Shown here: positions 8,867-18,640 of the stretch, piece by piece
Position numbering within the stretch: the first letter of the stretch is position 1
Layout of the letters: each line of letters opens with the position of its first letter
DNA from: Candidatus Hodarchaeota archaeon
GTDB taxonomy: Archaea > Asgardarchaeota > Heimdallarchaeia > Hodarchaeales > Hodarchaeaceae
Assembly: GCA_016840035.1 (NCBI GenBank)
Contig: JAEOTC010000030.1
Coordinates: 32,001 to 96,000 of the forward strand
Length of the DNA stretch: 64,000 nucleotides
Direction: 5' to 3'
Position numbers and translations under genes: made by a program
Notes under the pieces: generated by a model
Told to the model about the DNA's origin: nothing
Databases searched by the model: none
The model's input: the letters and a program-made list of their open reading frames with translations, nothing else

Positions 8867-10513
8867 TTAGGAAATGAAATGGTCTGGATTTTTAAGTGTA
8901 TACCAGCCATAAGTAACCTTACAGATATCTTTATCAACAAGCTCTCGTAATACCTGTTTAATCTGATCTTTTGACAATTTTACTTCTGAAGTTAGAAGAT
9001 TAGACTGCGCTTTGTATTGTGGACGTTGTAATAATGCTTGAATAACTTGGATTTCGGAGTTTGAAAGATCTACTCCCTTTGGGACTTTTAAATCAGGTCT
9101 AGTAGAAGTCGTAGAATCTGGACTTTGGGTACCTCTTCTCTGCTCCAAAATATGCTTATCTTTCAAAATATACCAACCATAAGACACCCTTAAAATACCT
9201 TTATCAACTAGATTTCTTAATACTTCCTTTAGAATACTTTGTTTTAGGCCTGTTGGGCGTGTTAATAAATTTGATTGGGCCTTTAAGTTTGGTCTTGATT
9301 TTATTGCTTTAATTGTAGCAATTTCTTCTGATGTAAGACCTTCTCCTGTCCGAGAAATTCGTGGGGATTTTTTCTTCTTCTTTTTCCGATTAGAGTCCGA
9401 AAATGTTTTTTTGAAGAACGGTAAATGACTTTTCTTTATTATAAACCATCCAACTTGCGTCCTAAGAAGGCCCTTTGATATCAAATTCCGTAAATGTTTT
9501 TCTGCTTCTTCTATCGGAACGTCCATATCTTTCGCTAGTATTTCAGGTTTCGTGCGATGTTTTATTCGGGCGAAAGTTCTATCTAGAATTTCCATTTCCA
9601 TTTCTGTAGGTAAATCTTCCTCCCAGTTATCCTTTCGGAATAATCCTGTTGTTTGTTTTAAATATGGGGCAACATCATCAGAATAGGATTTTTCAGGGGG
9701 TTCCATTTTAAATAAATCTGCTTCTGGATCTTGATCTTTGGATGTAGTTTCAGATACATCAGAGGGGGGTTGTTTAAACAAACTTTGCTCATCAAAATCG
9801 TCTGTATCTTTTTCGAATTCAGACATGTCATCAGAAGAAGTGTTGTTATCCTTCAATGGTGGTTTTTCCGAGATTTCGGGAGTAATGGGTTTGTCAATTT
9901 TCTTAATTTGTGGAGTTTGTGTTTCTAGAGTGCTTTTACTTGTTTTAGTCTCCGTTGACGATTTTGGTTTCGCTTTAGTCATTACTGGAGAAATAGTTGG
10001 CCGTTTTTGTCTTTCTCCCAGCTTTGATGCATTAGATATCTGTGATGGCCGTTTTTGTTTCGGAACAGGTTCTTGTGTTGGTTCTGAACCGAAAATTAAA
10101 GTCTTCTGTGTTTTATCAAGGTTGACCTGTGCAACATTGAATAATGCCTCGATTTTTTCCAAAAATGAATCGAATGAGGATCCCATCCCTGTGACTTCGC
10201 ATATAATTTCCTCATTAGTTTCAGTGATTAAGTGAAACTTTGATCGAACTTTTTGTGTATTTAATTTATTTAGGCTGAAAAACTCCCTAATTTCTCTGTT
10301 CATTACACTTGATTCATTACCATGAATCTCTAGAACATATTGTAGAAGTTTTGGTTCAGTACGAGTCTCTTCGATATAGAAAATAATCGAAGGGAAATCA
10401 GGTATACGAGGAGTAGCATGAACGCTATTATCGATAAATTCTATCTCCCGAAATCTTCCACGCGCTTTTAGAAAGTTCACAAAATCATTTAAAACAGAGT
10501 TTTGCCGGAACAT
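8867..10513 (-). CDS. Hypothetical protein: N-terminal globular domain, long disordered linker, three tandem winged-helix-like repeats
   Basis: Three repeats ending LR(N/E)L(I/V)(S/D)K(G/D)x4(V/Y)GW(F/Y); S/T/P/K/D-rich linker. Confidence 0.75.
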   Translation of the reverse strand: MFRQNSVLNDFVNFLKARGRFREIEFIDNSVHATPRIPDFPSIIFYIEETRTEPKLLQYVLEIHGNESSVMNREIREFFSLNKLNTQKVRSKFHLITETNEEIICEVTGMGSSFDSFLEKIEALFNVAQVNLDKTQKTLIFGSEPTQEPVPKQKRPSQISNASKLGERQKRPTISPVMTKAKPKSSTETKTSKSTLETQTPQIKKIDKPITPEISEKPPLKDNNTSSDDMSEFEKDTDDFDEQSLFKQPPSDVSETTSKDQDPEADLFKMEPPEKSYSDDVAPYLKQTTGLFRKDNWEEDLPTEMEMEILDRTFARIKHRTKPEILAKDMDVPIEEAEKHLRNLISKGLLRTQVGWFIIKKSHLPFFKKTFSDSNRKKKKKKSPRISRTGEGLTSEEIATIKAIKSRPNLKAQSNLLTRPTGLKQSILKEVLRNLVDKGILRVSYGWYILKDKHILEQRRGTQSPDSTTSTRPDLKVPKGVDLSNSEIQVIQALLQRPQYKAQSNLLTSEVKLSKDQIKQVLRELVDKDICKVTYGWYTLKNPDHFIS

Positions 10514-10679
10514 TTTTGGTTATTTCCTTTTTTATTTCAGAATGAACCCCAAGATGAATAAAGTAATACTTTAATGCCGTTAGAAGCTAAATTAACTTAT
10601 AATGAAAAACTTTTCTTAAATTCCTTCGTTAAGAGATGATTTTTGGCCTTTATTTAATGTAATAGAGAGAGAATATAGA

Positions 10680-11123
10680 TTATTCTTCAAGTTCACCTTC
10701 ATTTTCTTTTCTGAAAAGAGGTTTCAAAGGTCCAGGAACCGTGAAAGTGGTGTTTTCTAGCTCTCGAATGTTAATTTGATCATTCTCTCTTGAAATATCC
10801 TCCCATAGTTGATTATATTTATTTAAAGGAAGTCCTAGGGGCGGAAATTGAGCTGGATTCAGGTTGGTTAAATCATGTTCAAGTAATTTTCCAGATTTAG
10901 GATTTTTTTCATTATTTGCATGTTTTGATGATGTATCAGATAACTCAATTAGGCCAAACCTCTGTAGTTCAGCTATAAATGCAATAAGTGTTTGCGGATT
11001 TACACCTTGTATTTTTTCTATCATTTGAGAGATGGAGAGATCATTATCAACGAGATGTTGTAAGACTTCTTTTACCAATGGTTTCTCTAGCAACCTTTGA
11101 ATCATAGAGTCAATTTCATTCAT
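10680..11123 (-). CDS. Hypothetical protein with N-terminal winged-HTH-like motif
   Basis: EVLQHLVDNDLSISQM...PQTLIAFIAELQRFGLIE. Confidence 0.6.
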   Translation of the reverse strand: MNEIDSMIQRLLEKPLVKEVLQHLVDNDLSISQMIEKIQGVNPQTLIAFIAELQRFGLIELSDTSSKHANNEKNPKSGKLLEHDLTNLNPAQFPPLGLPLNKYNQLWEDISRENDQINIRELENTTFTVPGPLKPLFRKENEGELEE

Positions 11124-11371
11124 AATTTAATTTCCATTTGTGTTTATCACAAATAACTTGCACCCTGATTATTCTTTATATATTTCCGAAGGTATCAATT
11201 CAGATTCTTATCAGAATTTAGGTGTGATCTTACTAAGCTTTGAACGCTATGAAATAACAGATTTTTTTCATGAATAAAAATGTTAATAACTCCAAAGTGA
11301 ATCGCTCCTTTGACCTAGTAATCAACTAAATTGTAATATTCAATCATATAGAGTTGTTGAAGGCGGTTTAA

Positions 11372-12073
11372 ATGGCATCAGGACAAGAAATTGTTGTAGA
11401 ATGTAAAAATTTAAGGAAATCCTACATCTTAGGAGAAGTGAGGGTAGATGCTTTGAGAGGGATAAATATGCAAATTAATAGAGGCGAAATGATTTCAATA
11501 ATGGGCCCAAGCGGATGTGGAAAAACAACTCTTCTAAATATTGTTGGTTCATTAGATAATCCCTCTTCTGGACAAGTTTTACTTGAAGGGAGCGATATTT
11601 CACGCGCGAGTGAGCAACAACTTACAGAAATTCGACGAAAAAGTGTCGGCTTTATTTTTCAATTTTATAATCTCCTACCGGTTCTTACCGCATTAGAAAA
11701 TGTTGAACTGCCTATGCTAATTGCAGGAATTCCAAAAGATAAACGTGTGAAAAGAGCAACAGAACTACTAGAGAAAGTAGACTTGCTGAGACGAAAGGAT
11801 CATAAACCTGATGAGCTAAGTGGTGGAGAACGTCAGAGAGTTGCAATTGCACGGGCTCTCGCCAACAAACCAACAATATTGCTAGCGGATGAACCTACAG
11901 GCGATTTAGATACTGAATCTGGGCAAGCAGTTTTGAGTTTGTTGAAAGAAGTAAACAAAACAGAGAACCAAACATTGATTCTAGTAACTCATGATTCCAA
12001 CATCGCTAGAGAAGCGAATAGGATCTTCCATATTAAGGACGGAATCGTAGCTTCTGTTGAAAATGTATCATAA
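11372..12073 (+). CDS. ABC transporter ATP-binding protein (LolD/MacB-type)
   Basis: GPSGCGKT, LSGGERQRVAIARAL, LADEPTGDLD, VTHD. Confidence 0.95.
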   Translation: MASGQEIVVECKNLRKSYILGEVRVDALRGINMQINRGEMISIMGPSGCGKTTLLNIVGSLDNPSSGQVLLEGSDISRASEQQLTEIRRKSVGFIFQFYNLLPVLTALENVELPMLIAGIPKDKRVKRATELLEKVDLLRRKDHKPDELSGGERQRVAIARALANKPTILLADEPTGDLDTESGQAVLSLLKEVNKTENQTLILVTHDSNIAREANRIFHIKDGIVASVENVS

Positions 12074-12088
12074 AACAAAATTAATGCT

Positions 12089-13027
12089 CTAAACAAGCAA
12101 AGATTGGAGCGGATCGTGACCATCTTTTGACGATTCGGCATCAATAATTCTTACTAATTCCTTAAAGCGGTTTCTGATTGTTACTGGGGTTATTTTGGCT
12201 GCAGTAGCGATTTCTTGTTGTGTACGGCGTTCTCCAGTCTGTATGGTTGCAATGTATAATGAGGCTGCGGCAAGACTCATTGGGTTTTTGCCAACTGTAG
12301 CTCCCCGTAATCTAGCAATGTTTAAAATTTTCACTGCTTGACGACGTGCTCTCATGGTAACACGGAGATTTATCCCGAGACGGTGAACTAAGGCAGAATA
12401 ATCACTTGGACTAACTTTCAAGTCTAATTTTTGTAAAATAATTCTTATACACCGGCCTAGTTCTTTGGATGATATATTCGATACGGAGGCTATGTCTTTT
12501 AAGGTTTGAGGAAGTTTTTTCTTTCGACAGGCAAGATAAAGACTTGCTGCGATCATCCCGTCAATAGAGCGTCCACGAATTAAGTTTTTTTTCAAGGCCT
12601 TCCTGTAAATCATGGCACCCATTTCAGCAACATCTTCAGGTAATTCAAGCTGGCTTTTAATCCGTTTGAGCTCCTTTAGAGCGAAGCGTAGATTTCTGAT
12701 TTCCGACTTTCTAGTTCTATTATCAATCCGAGAAAGTCTTCGGTATTTTGTTTGTGAAGAAAAAGGAAGAGTCCTTCCCGAAATATCTTTCCTAATATTT
12801 CCTATCTGAGTTCGCAGTCCCATTTCTGCTTTAAGCGGAGTTATGGGACCTCCAGCTCGAGCCCGTTCTTGAAGTTCAGTTGAATTATAAGCACGCCACT
12901 CTGGTCCCATATCAATTTGTAAGTCAATAACAAGTCCACAAGAGGCACAAATTGAAGTGCCTTTTGTCATATCCATGACTATATCGTTACTACCGCATTC
13001 GGGACATTTTTGTTCAGGTGGTGACAG
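12089..13027 (-). CDS. tfb: Transcription initiation factor IIB (probable CTG start at 13027)
   Basis: Zn ribbon CPEC...CASC (first half lies upstream of the ATG at 12976), GPEWRAY B-reader, two cyclin repeats (GRSIDG; GKNP...TIRNRFKEL). Confidence 0.95.
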   Translation of the reverse strand: MSPPEQKCPECGSNDIVMDMTKGTSICASCGLVIDLQIDMGPEWRAYNSTELQERARAGGPITPLKAEMGLRTQIGNIRKDISGRTLPFSSQTKYRRLSRIDNRTRKSEIRNLRFALKELKRIKSQLELPEDVAEMGAMIYRKALKKNLIRGRSIDGMIAASLYLACRKKKLPQTLKDIASVSNISSKELGRCIRIILQKLDLKVSPSDYSALVHRLGINLRVTMRARRQAVKILNIARLRGATVGKNPMSLAAASLYIATIQTGERRTQQEIATAAKITPVTIRNRFKELVRIIDAESSKDGHDPLQSLLV

Positions 13028-13058
13028 GATACTTGCCCTCCAGTTGAGACCTCCGATG

Positions 13059-13070
13059 GGATTTATATAC
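13059..13070 (-). promoter_or_regulatory. Putative TATA box for tfb
   Basis: Minus strand GTATATAAAT about 35 nt upstream of the proposed CTG start; GGAGG SD-like motif lies between them. Confidence 0.4.
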
Positions 13071-13509
13071 TAGATAGGCTTTTAAATAAGTATTGGAAAA
13101 GAACCCCACTTTTCATATCAGATGTAAAGCACTGTTCTAGATTAGGAAATTCAAAAGTCATTAATCCAGTATTTATACATTTTACTTGGAAATTTTACAT
13201 AATTCAGCCACTTACAGAGCAAAAACCTTGATATTAGGGTTTTGCTGGAATTTTCAGTTGTCTTATTAGTAATTCTTCTTATTCCAAAGAGGAGGAAATT
13301 TTCTAACCTTCGGGAACTGGCTGTATTAAGTTTCATTTGAATTAATGGTAAATAAAATCCTAGCTCAGCTTATAAACCTTATAAATGCTTATAAGTTTGG
13401 TTTTTAAATAAGTAGAAGGGTCTGTATATATTCTCAGAAGAATAGAATTTCCCTTAATTTTTCTTCATATTGTATTCTGGCTCTTAATCTTGTTGTGATT
13501 GTGATTATT

Positions 13510-14103
13510 ATGTCAAATGAGTCAAATAAAGATGATTTGTTTGCTGAGGTACAGAATGTTGTAGCTTCAGTAGATTTACGTTGTAAAATTAAACTTGAAA
13601 GAGCTGCGAGTCGTCTTCCCGGGGATGTTCAAGTATCGTATATTCCAGAGCAGTTTCCTGGAGTCGTAGTCAAAATAAAAAAGCCTAAAGTGTCCATATT
13701 AGTGTTTTCTTCAGGAAAGCTAGTTGTAACCGGTGCTAAGTCAGTAGAAATGATTGAAGAAGCAGTTGAAGTTATTTCAGAACTCTTACGCCAAGCAGGG
13801 CATAATGTAAAGCATGAAGCTACAATTACTGTACAAAACATTGTTGCTTCTGGAACTTTAGGAAAACGAATTAATCTTGAATTGGCAGCGTTATTATTAG
13901 AACATTCTATGTATGAACCAGAACAATTTCCTGGTTTAATCTACCGAATGCAAGAACCTAAAGTTGTTCTTCTCCTTTTCCAATCAGGAAAGCTAGTTTG
14001 TACAGGTGCGAAGAAAGAAGAATATGTTTATCAATCCATTCACAAAATATATTCAATTCTTGAAGAAATAGATGCATTTGAAGCAGATAGTTTGCAGTTT
14101 TAA
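13510..14103 (+). CDS. tbp: TATA-box binding protein
   Basis: Two repeats QNVVAS...Y.PEQFPG...FSSGKLV.TGAK. Confidence 0.97.
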   Translation: MSNESNKDDLFAEVQNVVASVDLRCKIKLERAASRLPGDVQVSYIPEQFPGVVVKIKKPKVSILVFSSGKLVVTGAKSVEMIEEAVEVISELLRQAGHNVKHEATITVQNIVASGTLGKRINLELAALLLEHSMYEPEQFPGLIYRMQEPKVVLLLFQSGKLVCTGAKKEEYVYQSIHKIYSILEEIDAFEADSLQF

Positions 14104-14105
14104 GA

Positions 14106-15617
14106 TTAATCTTCGTTAATAAAATCCCAACTCAATTGAATTGCTTCAGGAATCTTCGATACTAAGTTCATTGTCGAAAATTCTCTAAAAGCAAGCTCAC
14201 CAGCTTTTCCGTTAATAAAGGCTGCAATCGATGCGGCGTAGAAAAGTTCGCTAGTTTTGTTTGCATAACAAGCAGCTAAACCTGCCAGTATATCCCCTGT
14301 GCCTCCCCGTGACATTTCAGGTATACCTGTCTTATTGATTTTGTATCTTTTAGAGTCAGATATAATATCCCAAGGACCTTTTACTAACCAGACAGCCTTA
14401 GAATTTTGGGTGATACTTCTTACTTCTTCAATTCTTCTAGCAAATGAAGAAAAGCCAGAGGGTAAAGTTTTTCCAGAAAGAACAGCAAATTCACCAGCAT
14501 GGGGTGTAAGAATAACCCCTGAATATAATTGTTTTTGATTGATCATATGTAATGCATCGGCGTCGATTACAATAGGAATTTTTTTTGTTTTCGAGAATTT
14601 GAGAATTTCTTTAACAGCTATCTTTGAATCGGAATGACGACCTAATCCTGGTCCAAGAACTATTGAATCTGTATTTTCTATCAAGTGATAGGGTATGGAA
14701 TCAGATGTTAAATGTGGATGTGGGTAATCTACAACGATAAATTCTGGTGTGTAAGACCGAATCGCTTGTGTAACTTGTTCTGGAGCAAAAATTGTTACCA
14801 AATCCGAACCCGCATTTAGTGCTCCCATTGCGGATAAAGCGGGAGCTCCAGAATATTTTTCATTCCCTCCGATTATCAATACCTTCCCTTGATCTCCTTT
14901 TCTCTGCCATTTAGATTTATCGGAAATCGCTAGTAAATCTCCAGGACCGGCAATAAATTCTGCTTCTGGGGGAATACCGATTGGAACAATTTTAATTTTT
15001 CCTGAATTTCTTACATTCAACCCCTTTTTTTGTTTGTGGAAGACTACTGTATGGTGAGCGTTTATAGATAAATTTGCTCTTTTCCCCGTATTTGGATCGA
15101 CTCCTGAAGGGGTATCTACAGAGATGATAATTCCACCTTGAGCATAGTGTGAATTTAGCTTTTCAATCACCTTTGCATAAAGCCCTCTGACATTCCCATG
15201 GACCCCGGTACCAAAAATTGCATCAATAATGATTGAATCTTCATGAATTTTAATATTATCAAGTTCTGTTGAATCTTTCACCTCATCTAGACAAAGAGAA
15301 TGACTCATATTTTCCAGAATTTGCCAATTTTTTCGAGTTGATTCTTTTTTGATATCTCTTTTCTCTCCTATTAAGTAAAGGGATACTTTGGCCTTTTTGG
15401 CTAAATGTCGTGCAGCTACCATCCCATCACCCCCGTTCCCTCCTTTTCCAGCGATGATTACAATGCCTAACCTATTAGTTTCCTGACTAACCTCCCAAAT
15501 AAAATCAGCAAGTCCTTTACCTGCATTTTCCATTAGAAGAAGTCTTTTAACACCTAGAAAATCTGCGTTGACATCTACAATAGACATTTCAAGAGTGGAA
15601 ATTGTATTATTTCTCAA
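14106..15617 (-). CDS. nnr: Bifunctional NAD(P)HX epimerase/dehydratase
   Basis: LLMENAG, GKGGNGGDG, DTPSG; GPGLG, VIDADAL, LTPHAGEF, GGTGDILAG. Confidence 0.93.
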   Translation of the reverse strand: MRNNTISTLEMSIVDVNADFLGVKRLLLMENAGKGLADFIWEVSQETNRLGIVIIAGKGGNGGDGMVAARHLAKKAKVSLYLIGEKRDIKKESTRKNWQILENMSHSLCLDEVKDSTELDNIKIHEDSIIIDAIFGTGVHGNVRGLYAKVIEKLNSHYAQGGIIISVDTPSGVDPNTGKRANLSINAHHTVVFHKQKKGLNVRNSGKIKIVPIGIPPEAEFIAGPGDLLAISDKSKWQRKGDQGKVLIIGGNEKYSGAPALSAMGALNAGSDLVTIFAPEQVTQAIRSYTPEFIVVDYPHPHLTSDSIPYHLIENTDSIVLGPGLGRHSDSKIAVKEILKFSKTKKIPIVIDADALHMINQKQLYSGVILTPHAGEFAVLSGKTLPSGFSSFARRIEEVRSITQNSKAVWLVKGPWDIISDSKRYKINKTGIPEMSRGGTGDILAGLAACYANKTSELFYAASIAAFINGKAGELAFREFSTMNLVSKIPEAIQLSWDFINED

Positions 15618-15773
15618 ATCGTCACATCAGGAGAATGATTGAGGTTTAATAGTTCTGTACTTCATTTTAGTTTTACTTAAACTGAGAAATAGAAATCTCG
15701 TGTTGAATCAGAAACAACCACAAATTAAATATTTCTTTTTCTTGTCTAAATATGTAAGGTGGATGACAAGTAG

Positions 15774-17234
15774 ATGGATCTCTTTCTTTTTCTAATTCTA
15801 TGGTTAAATCTAATTTCTGCTCTGATCATTATCCCTTATCCGATAAATTTACTCTTTCTAACCATCTGTTCAACAAATTGGAAAGATCCAGTGCCTGTAG
15901 AAAATTATAGCGAATTAGAGCTTCCTTCTGTTACTATTCAAATACCTATATTTAACGAGGAGAAAATAATCCAAAAAACACTTGGGCATCTCGAAAATAT
16001 CAATTACCCATTAAGTAGTTTAAAGATTCAAATTTTAGATGATTCTACCGATGATACTTCGCAAATAATTGATAAATTTACCACCAAAATCAAAAAAAAG
16101 GGAATTTTAATTGATGTAATTCGAAGATCATCGCGAGAAGGATTCAAAGCAGGGGCGTTGGGAAATGGATTGACGCAGGACGATTCTGAGTTCGTAGCAG
16201 TATTTGATTCGGATTTTGAAATTAGCTCCGATTTTCTTGTGGATTGTATCCATTATTTTAAAGGCAATGCTGAAATAGGAGCCGTTCAGACAAAGTGGGG
16301 ATATTCAAATCTGGACTTCTCATTATTCACACGTTCCATGTCTATTGGTTTGGATGGCCATTTTCTTGTTGAGAAATTAGGACGTAAGAGTTTAAATGCT
16401 AATATTACATTTAATGGAACAGGAGGAATCTGGAGACGGGCTACAATTGAAACTAGTGGAGGATGGTCTTCAGAAACTTTAGCTGAGGATTTAGATCTTG
16501 CTTATAGATCTCAAATGAAGGGATATAAAATAATTTATCTTTCTGATGTGGTTAACAGGCAGGAAATCCCTCCCACTCTACGATCATGGATCATACAACA
16601 GAGTAGATGGTCCAAAGGTTTTTCACAGAATTTAAGGAAGAATTTTAGGACATTCTTAGCTTCTGATTGCTCTATAATGTGTAAGATTCAAGGAACTTTT
16701 CACTTAGGTCAGTATCTAATCCCCTTGATGATACTTCTTAATATAATATCGGGAACTCTTCTCATTCTTCATCCATCGATAGACAAAGGTATTTTTTCCT
16801 TTTTTGGATTTCTCTTTGCAGTATCAGCTACATGCGGGATACTCGCCTATTCAGTAGCTGTAGTTCGTGCAGGTAGATCGAAAACAGACCTACTTCTCAT
16901 TCCATTATTTCTCTTCTGGGGAGGAGCATTGATCGTACGTATGACCCTGGGTACCCTTGTAGGTTTCATCAAAGAGGGAGGAGAATTTGAACGAACCCCC
17001 AAATATAATCTATCCAAGAATCTTCCTCAATCAAAACCAAAAATTCATGATCATATTCCTTTAGACAAAATCACAATAGTTGAAATAATATTTTTGTTTT
17101 TCCTTATTTTTGGAGCCTTCCAGTATATATCTCTAGGAAGTTTTTTTCTATTCAATGCAGTTTACTTATTGTTTCTTAGTCTAGGGCTAATTAATCTAAT
17201 TATATCAGAAATTGTACACGCACTGGCTTCATAA
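15774..17234 (+). CDS. Processive GT2 glycosyltransferase (cellulose-synthase-like), membrane-bound
   Basis: QIPIFNE, LDDSTD, KAGAL, FDSD, AEDLD, QQSRW (D,D,D,QxxRW); TM helices. Confidence 0.92.
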   Translation: MDLFLFLILWLNLISALIIIPYPINLLFLTICSTNWKDPVPVENYSELELPSVTIQIPIFNEEKIIQKTLGHLENINYPLSSLKIQILDDSTDDTSQIIDKFTTKIKKKGILIDVIRRSSREGFKAGALGNGLTQDDSEFVAVFDSDFEISSDFLVDCIHYFKGNAEIGAVQTKWGYSNLDFSLFTRSMSIGLDGHFLVEKLGRKSLNANITFNGTGGIWRRATIETSGGWSSETLAEDLDLAYRSQMKGYKIIYLSDVVNRQEIPPTLRSWIIQQSRWSKGFSQNLRKNFRTFLASDCSIMCKIQGTFHLGQYLIPLMILLNIISGTLLILHPSIDKGIFSFFGFLFAVSATCGILAYSVAVVRAGRSKTDLLLIPLFLFWGGALIVRMTLGTLVGFIKEGGEFERTPKYNLSKNLPQSKPKIHDHIPLDKITIVEIIFLFFLIFGAFQYISLGSFFLFNAVYLLFLSLGLINLIISEIVHALAS

Positions 17235-17241
17235 ATGGAAT

Positions 17242-17655
17242 TTACTTGTATAAACCTGTGCACTCATGTTTTTCCGGGAGACGATGATCAGTACAAAAAT
17301 AATTTCCACAATAGGAACACGTGAAACCCATAAGAGTTGTCGCACTACAATACTTACATCGACCCTCCATTTGCGTTTTCTTCTTCATTTTAGATGGTGG
17401 GATAATATTTGGTCGAAAAGAGTCACCTCTTAAGAAATTGCGATGTGATTTAGGATGAGTATCTCTCAAATTCTCCGCTTGAAAAATAAATACATAGGCA
17501 ATTAGAATAGAGAAGAAGATTGAAGTTAGACCCCATATTACAAATAATATTGAAGTATCTGTTCCTGAAAAGATAAGATATGAAAGGATTAAACATAGAA
17601 TAAGTCCAGTGGCAAATACAAGTGAGCTTCGTTCCTTTGGTGTAAATGAATTCAT
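17242..17655 (-). CDS. Membrane-anchored AN1-type zinc finger protein
   Basis: Two N-terminal TMs; C-terminal CKYC...FTCSYCGNYFCTDHRLPEKHEC. Confidence 0.85.
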   Translation of the reverse strand: MNSFTPKERSSLVFATGLILCLILSYLIFSGTDTSILFVIWGLTSIFFSILIAYVFIFQAENLRDTHPKSHRNFLRGDSFRPNIIPPSKMKKKTQMEGRCKYCSATTLMGFTCSYCGNYFCTDHRLPEKHECTGLYK

Positions 17656-17657
17656 AT

Positions 17658-18239
17658 TTAAAAAACCCCCAATATACCTCGAGGATGAAAAAGCCAAATT
17701 ATAGCAGTAAAGCTAAAAACAATGAAGAAAAATACCTGATTCCAATTGTAGACCTTTGCTCCATCTAAAATCGAAAAAGGCAGAAGGTTGAATATCGCAA
17801 TATCAAACGAAGCTTTACTGATAAATAGAATGATTCTGGACCACGAAGGAGGAAGGAAGGTTGAGATGATTAGTAAAGCACCTCCCATAAATATATTTAC
17901 TAAAGGACCCATAACAGCAACATTGGCCCGAATCCGAGAACTAGGAGTTCCAAACCATATTACTGCACCAGGTGCAATTATTTTAATCGGTAAAAGTGCG
18001 GAAAATAGTGACATGAGAGCCATGTTTTGGTCTAAGTAGAATTTTGCGGGATACCCGTATCTAATTGCTGTGTATTTATGAGCTAATTCATGTAATGCAA
18101 ATAGTGGCAGAATCAAGAGACCAGCGATGAATAATTCAAAGAAATCTGAGTCAAAAATTAGTAATGATAGTTCTACTATTACAAAGATCATAGATGCGAT
18201 CAATAGTTGTTGTTTTTCTTCATCAGAAAATGAGTACAT
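17658..18239 (-). CDS. Site-2 (M50) membrane metalloprotease
   Basis: HELAH, GPLVN, FNLLPFSILDG. Confidence 0.9.
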   Translation of the reverse strand: MYSFSDEEKQQLLIASMIFVIVELSLLIFDSDFFELFIAGLLILPLFALHELAHKYTAIRYGYPAKFYLDQNMALMSLFSALLPIKIIAPGAVIWFGTPSSRIRANVAVMGPLVNIFMGGALLIISTFLPPSWSRIILFISKASFDIAIFNLLPFSILDGAKVYNWNQVFFFIVFSFTAIIWLFHPRGILGVF

Positions 18240-18251
18240 AAAACATCAAGA

Positions 18252-18437
18252 TTATTCTTTCTGGGAAATCTGATCTACTAATTTATCCCATGTCTCTCTT
18301 TCCTGCTTCAGCAATTCCTCAATAGCTATTCGCAAGAAATGAGATCTTGATTCATATTGCCCCAAACGGACAAAATTATCAATGAGGATAAGAATTTGAT
18401 CAGGAATTTTGATACTTATTGGCTTCTGACGCATCAT
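18252..18437 (-). CDS. Ribbon-helix-helix (CopG-like) regulator
   Basis: ISIKIP...IDNFV..G.YESRSHFLR.AI..LL. Confidence 0.85.
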   Translation of the reverse strand: MMRQKPISIKIPDQILILIDNFVRLGQYESRSHFLRIAIEELLKQERETWDKLVDQISQKE

Positions 18438-18640
18438 TTTCTATCCATCACTTATTTCAGATTATTCAATATAGGTTTTACTCTTGAAAATATTAAAAGT
18501 GTGTAAACTCGCGGTACTATTATCATAAAGCGAGAGATACTATTTTATTTCTAGAAAAATTTTCTGTTCCAGATGATCTTTAAAGAAAGAATTTTATCTA
18601 AGTGCAGATTCGCATAGAATAATTAATCGGGTGAGTAAAA

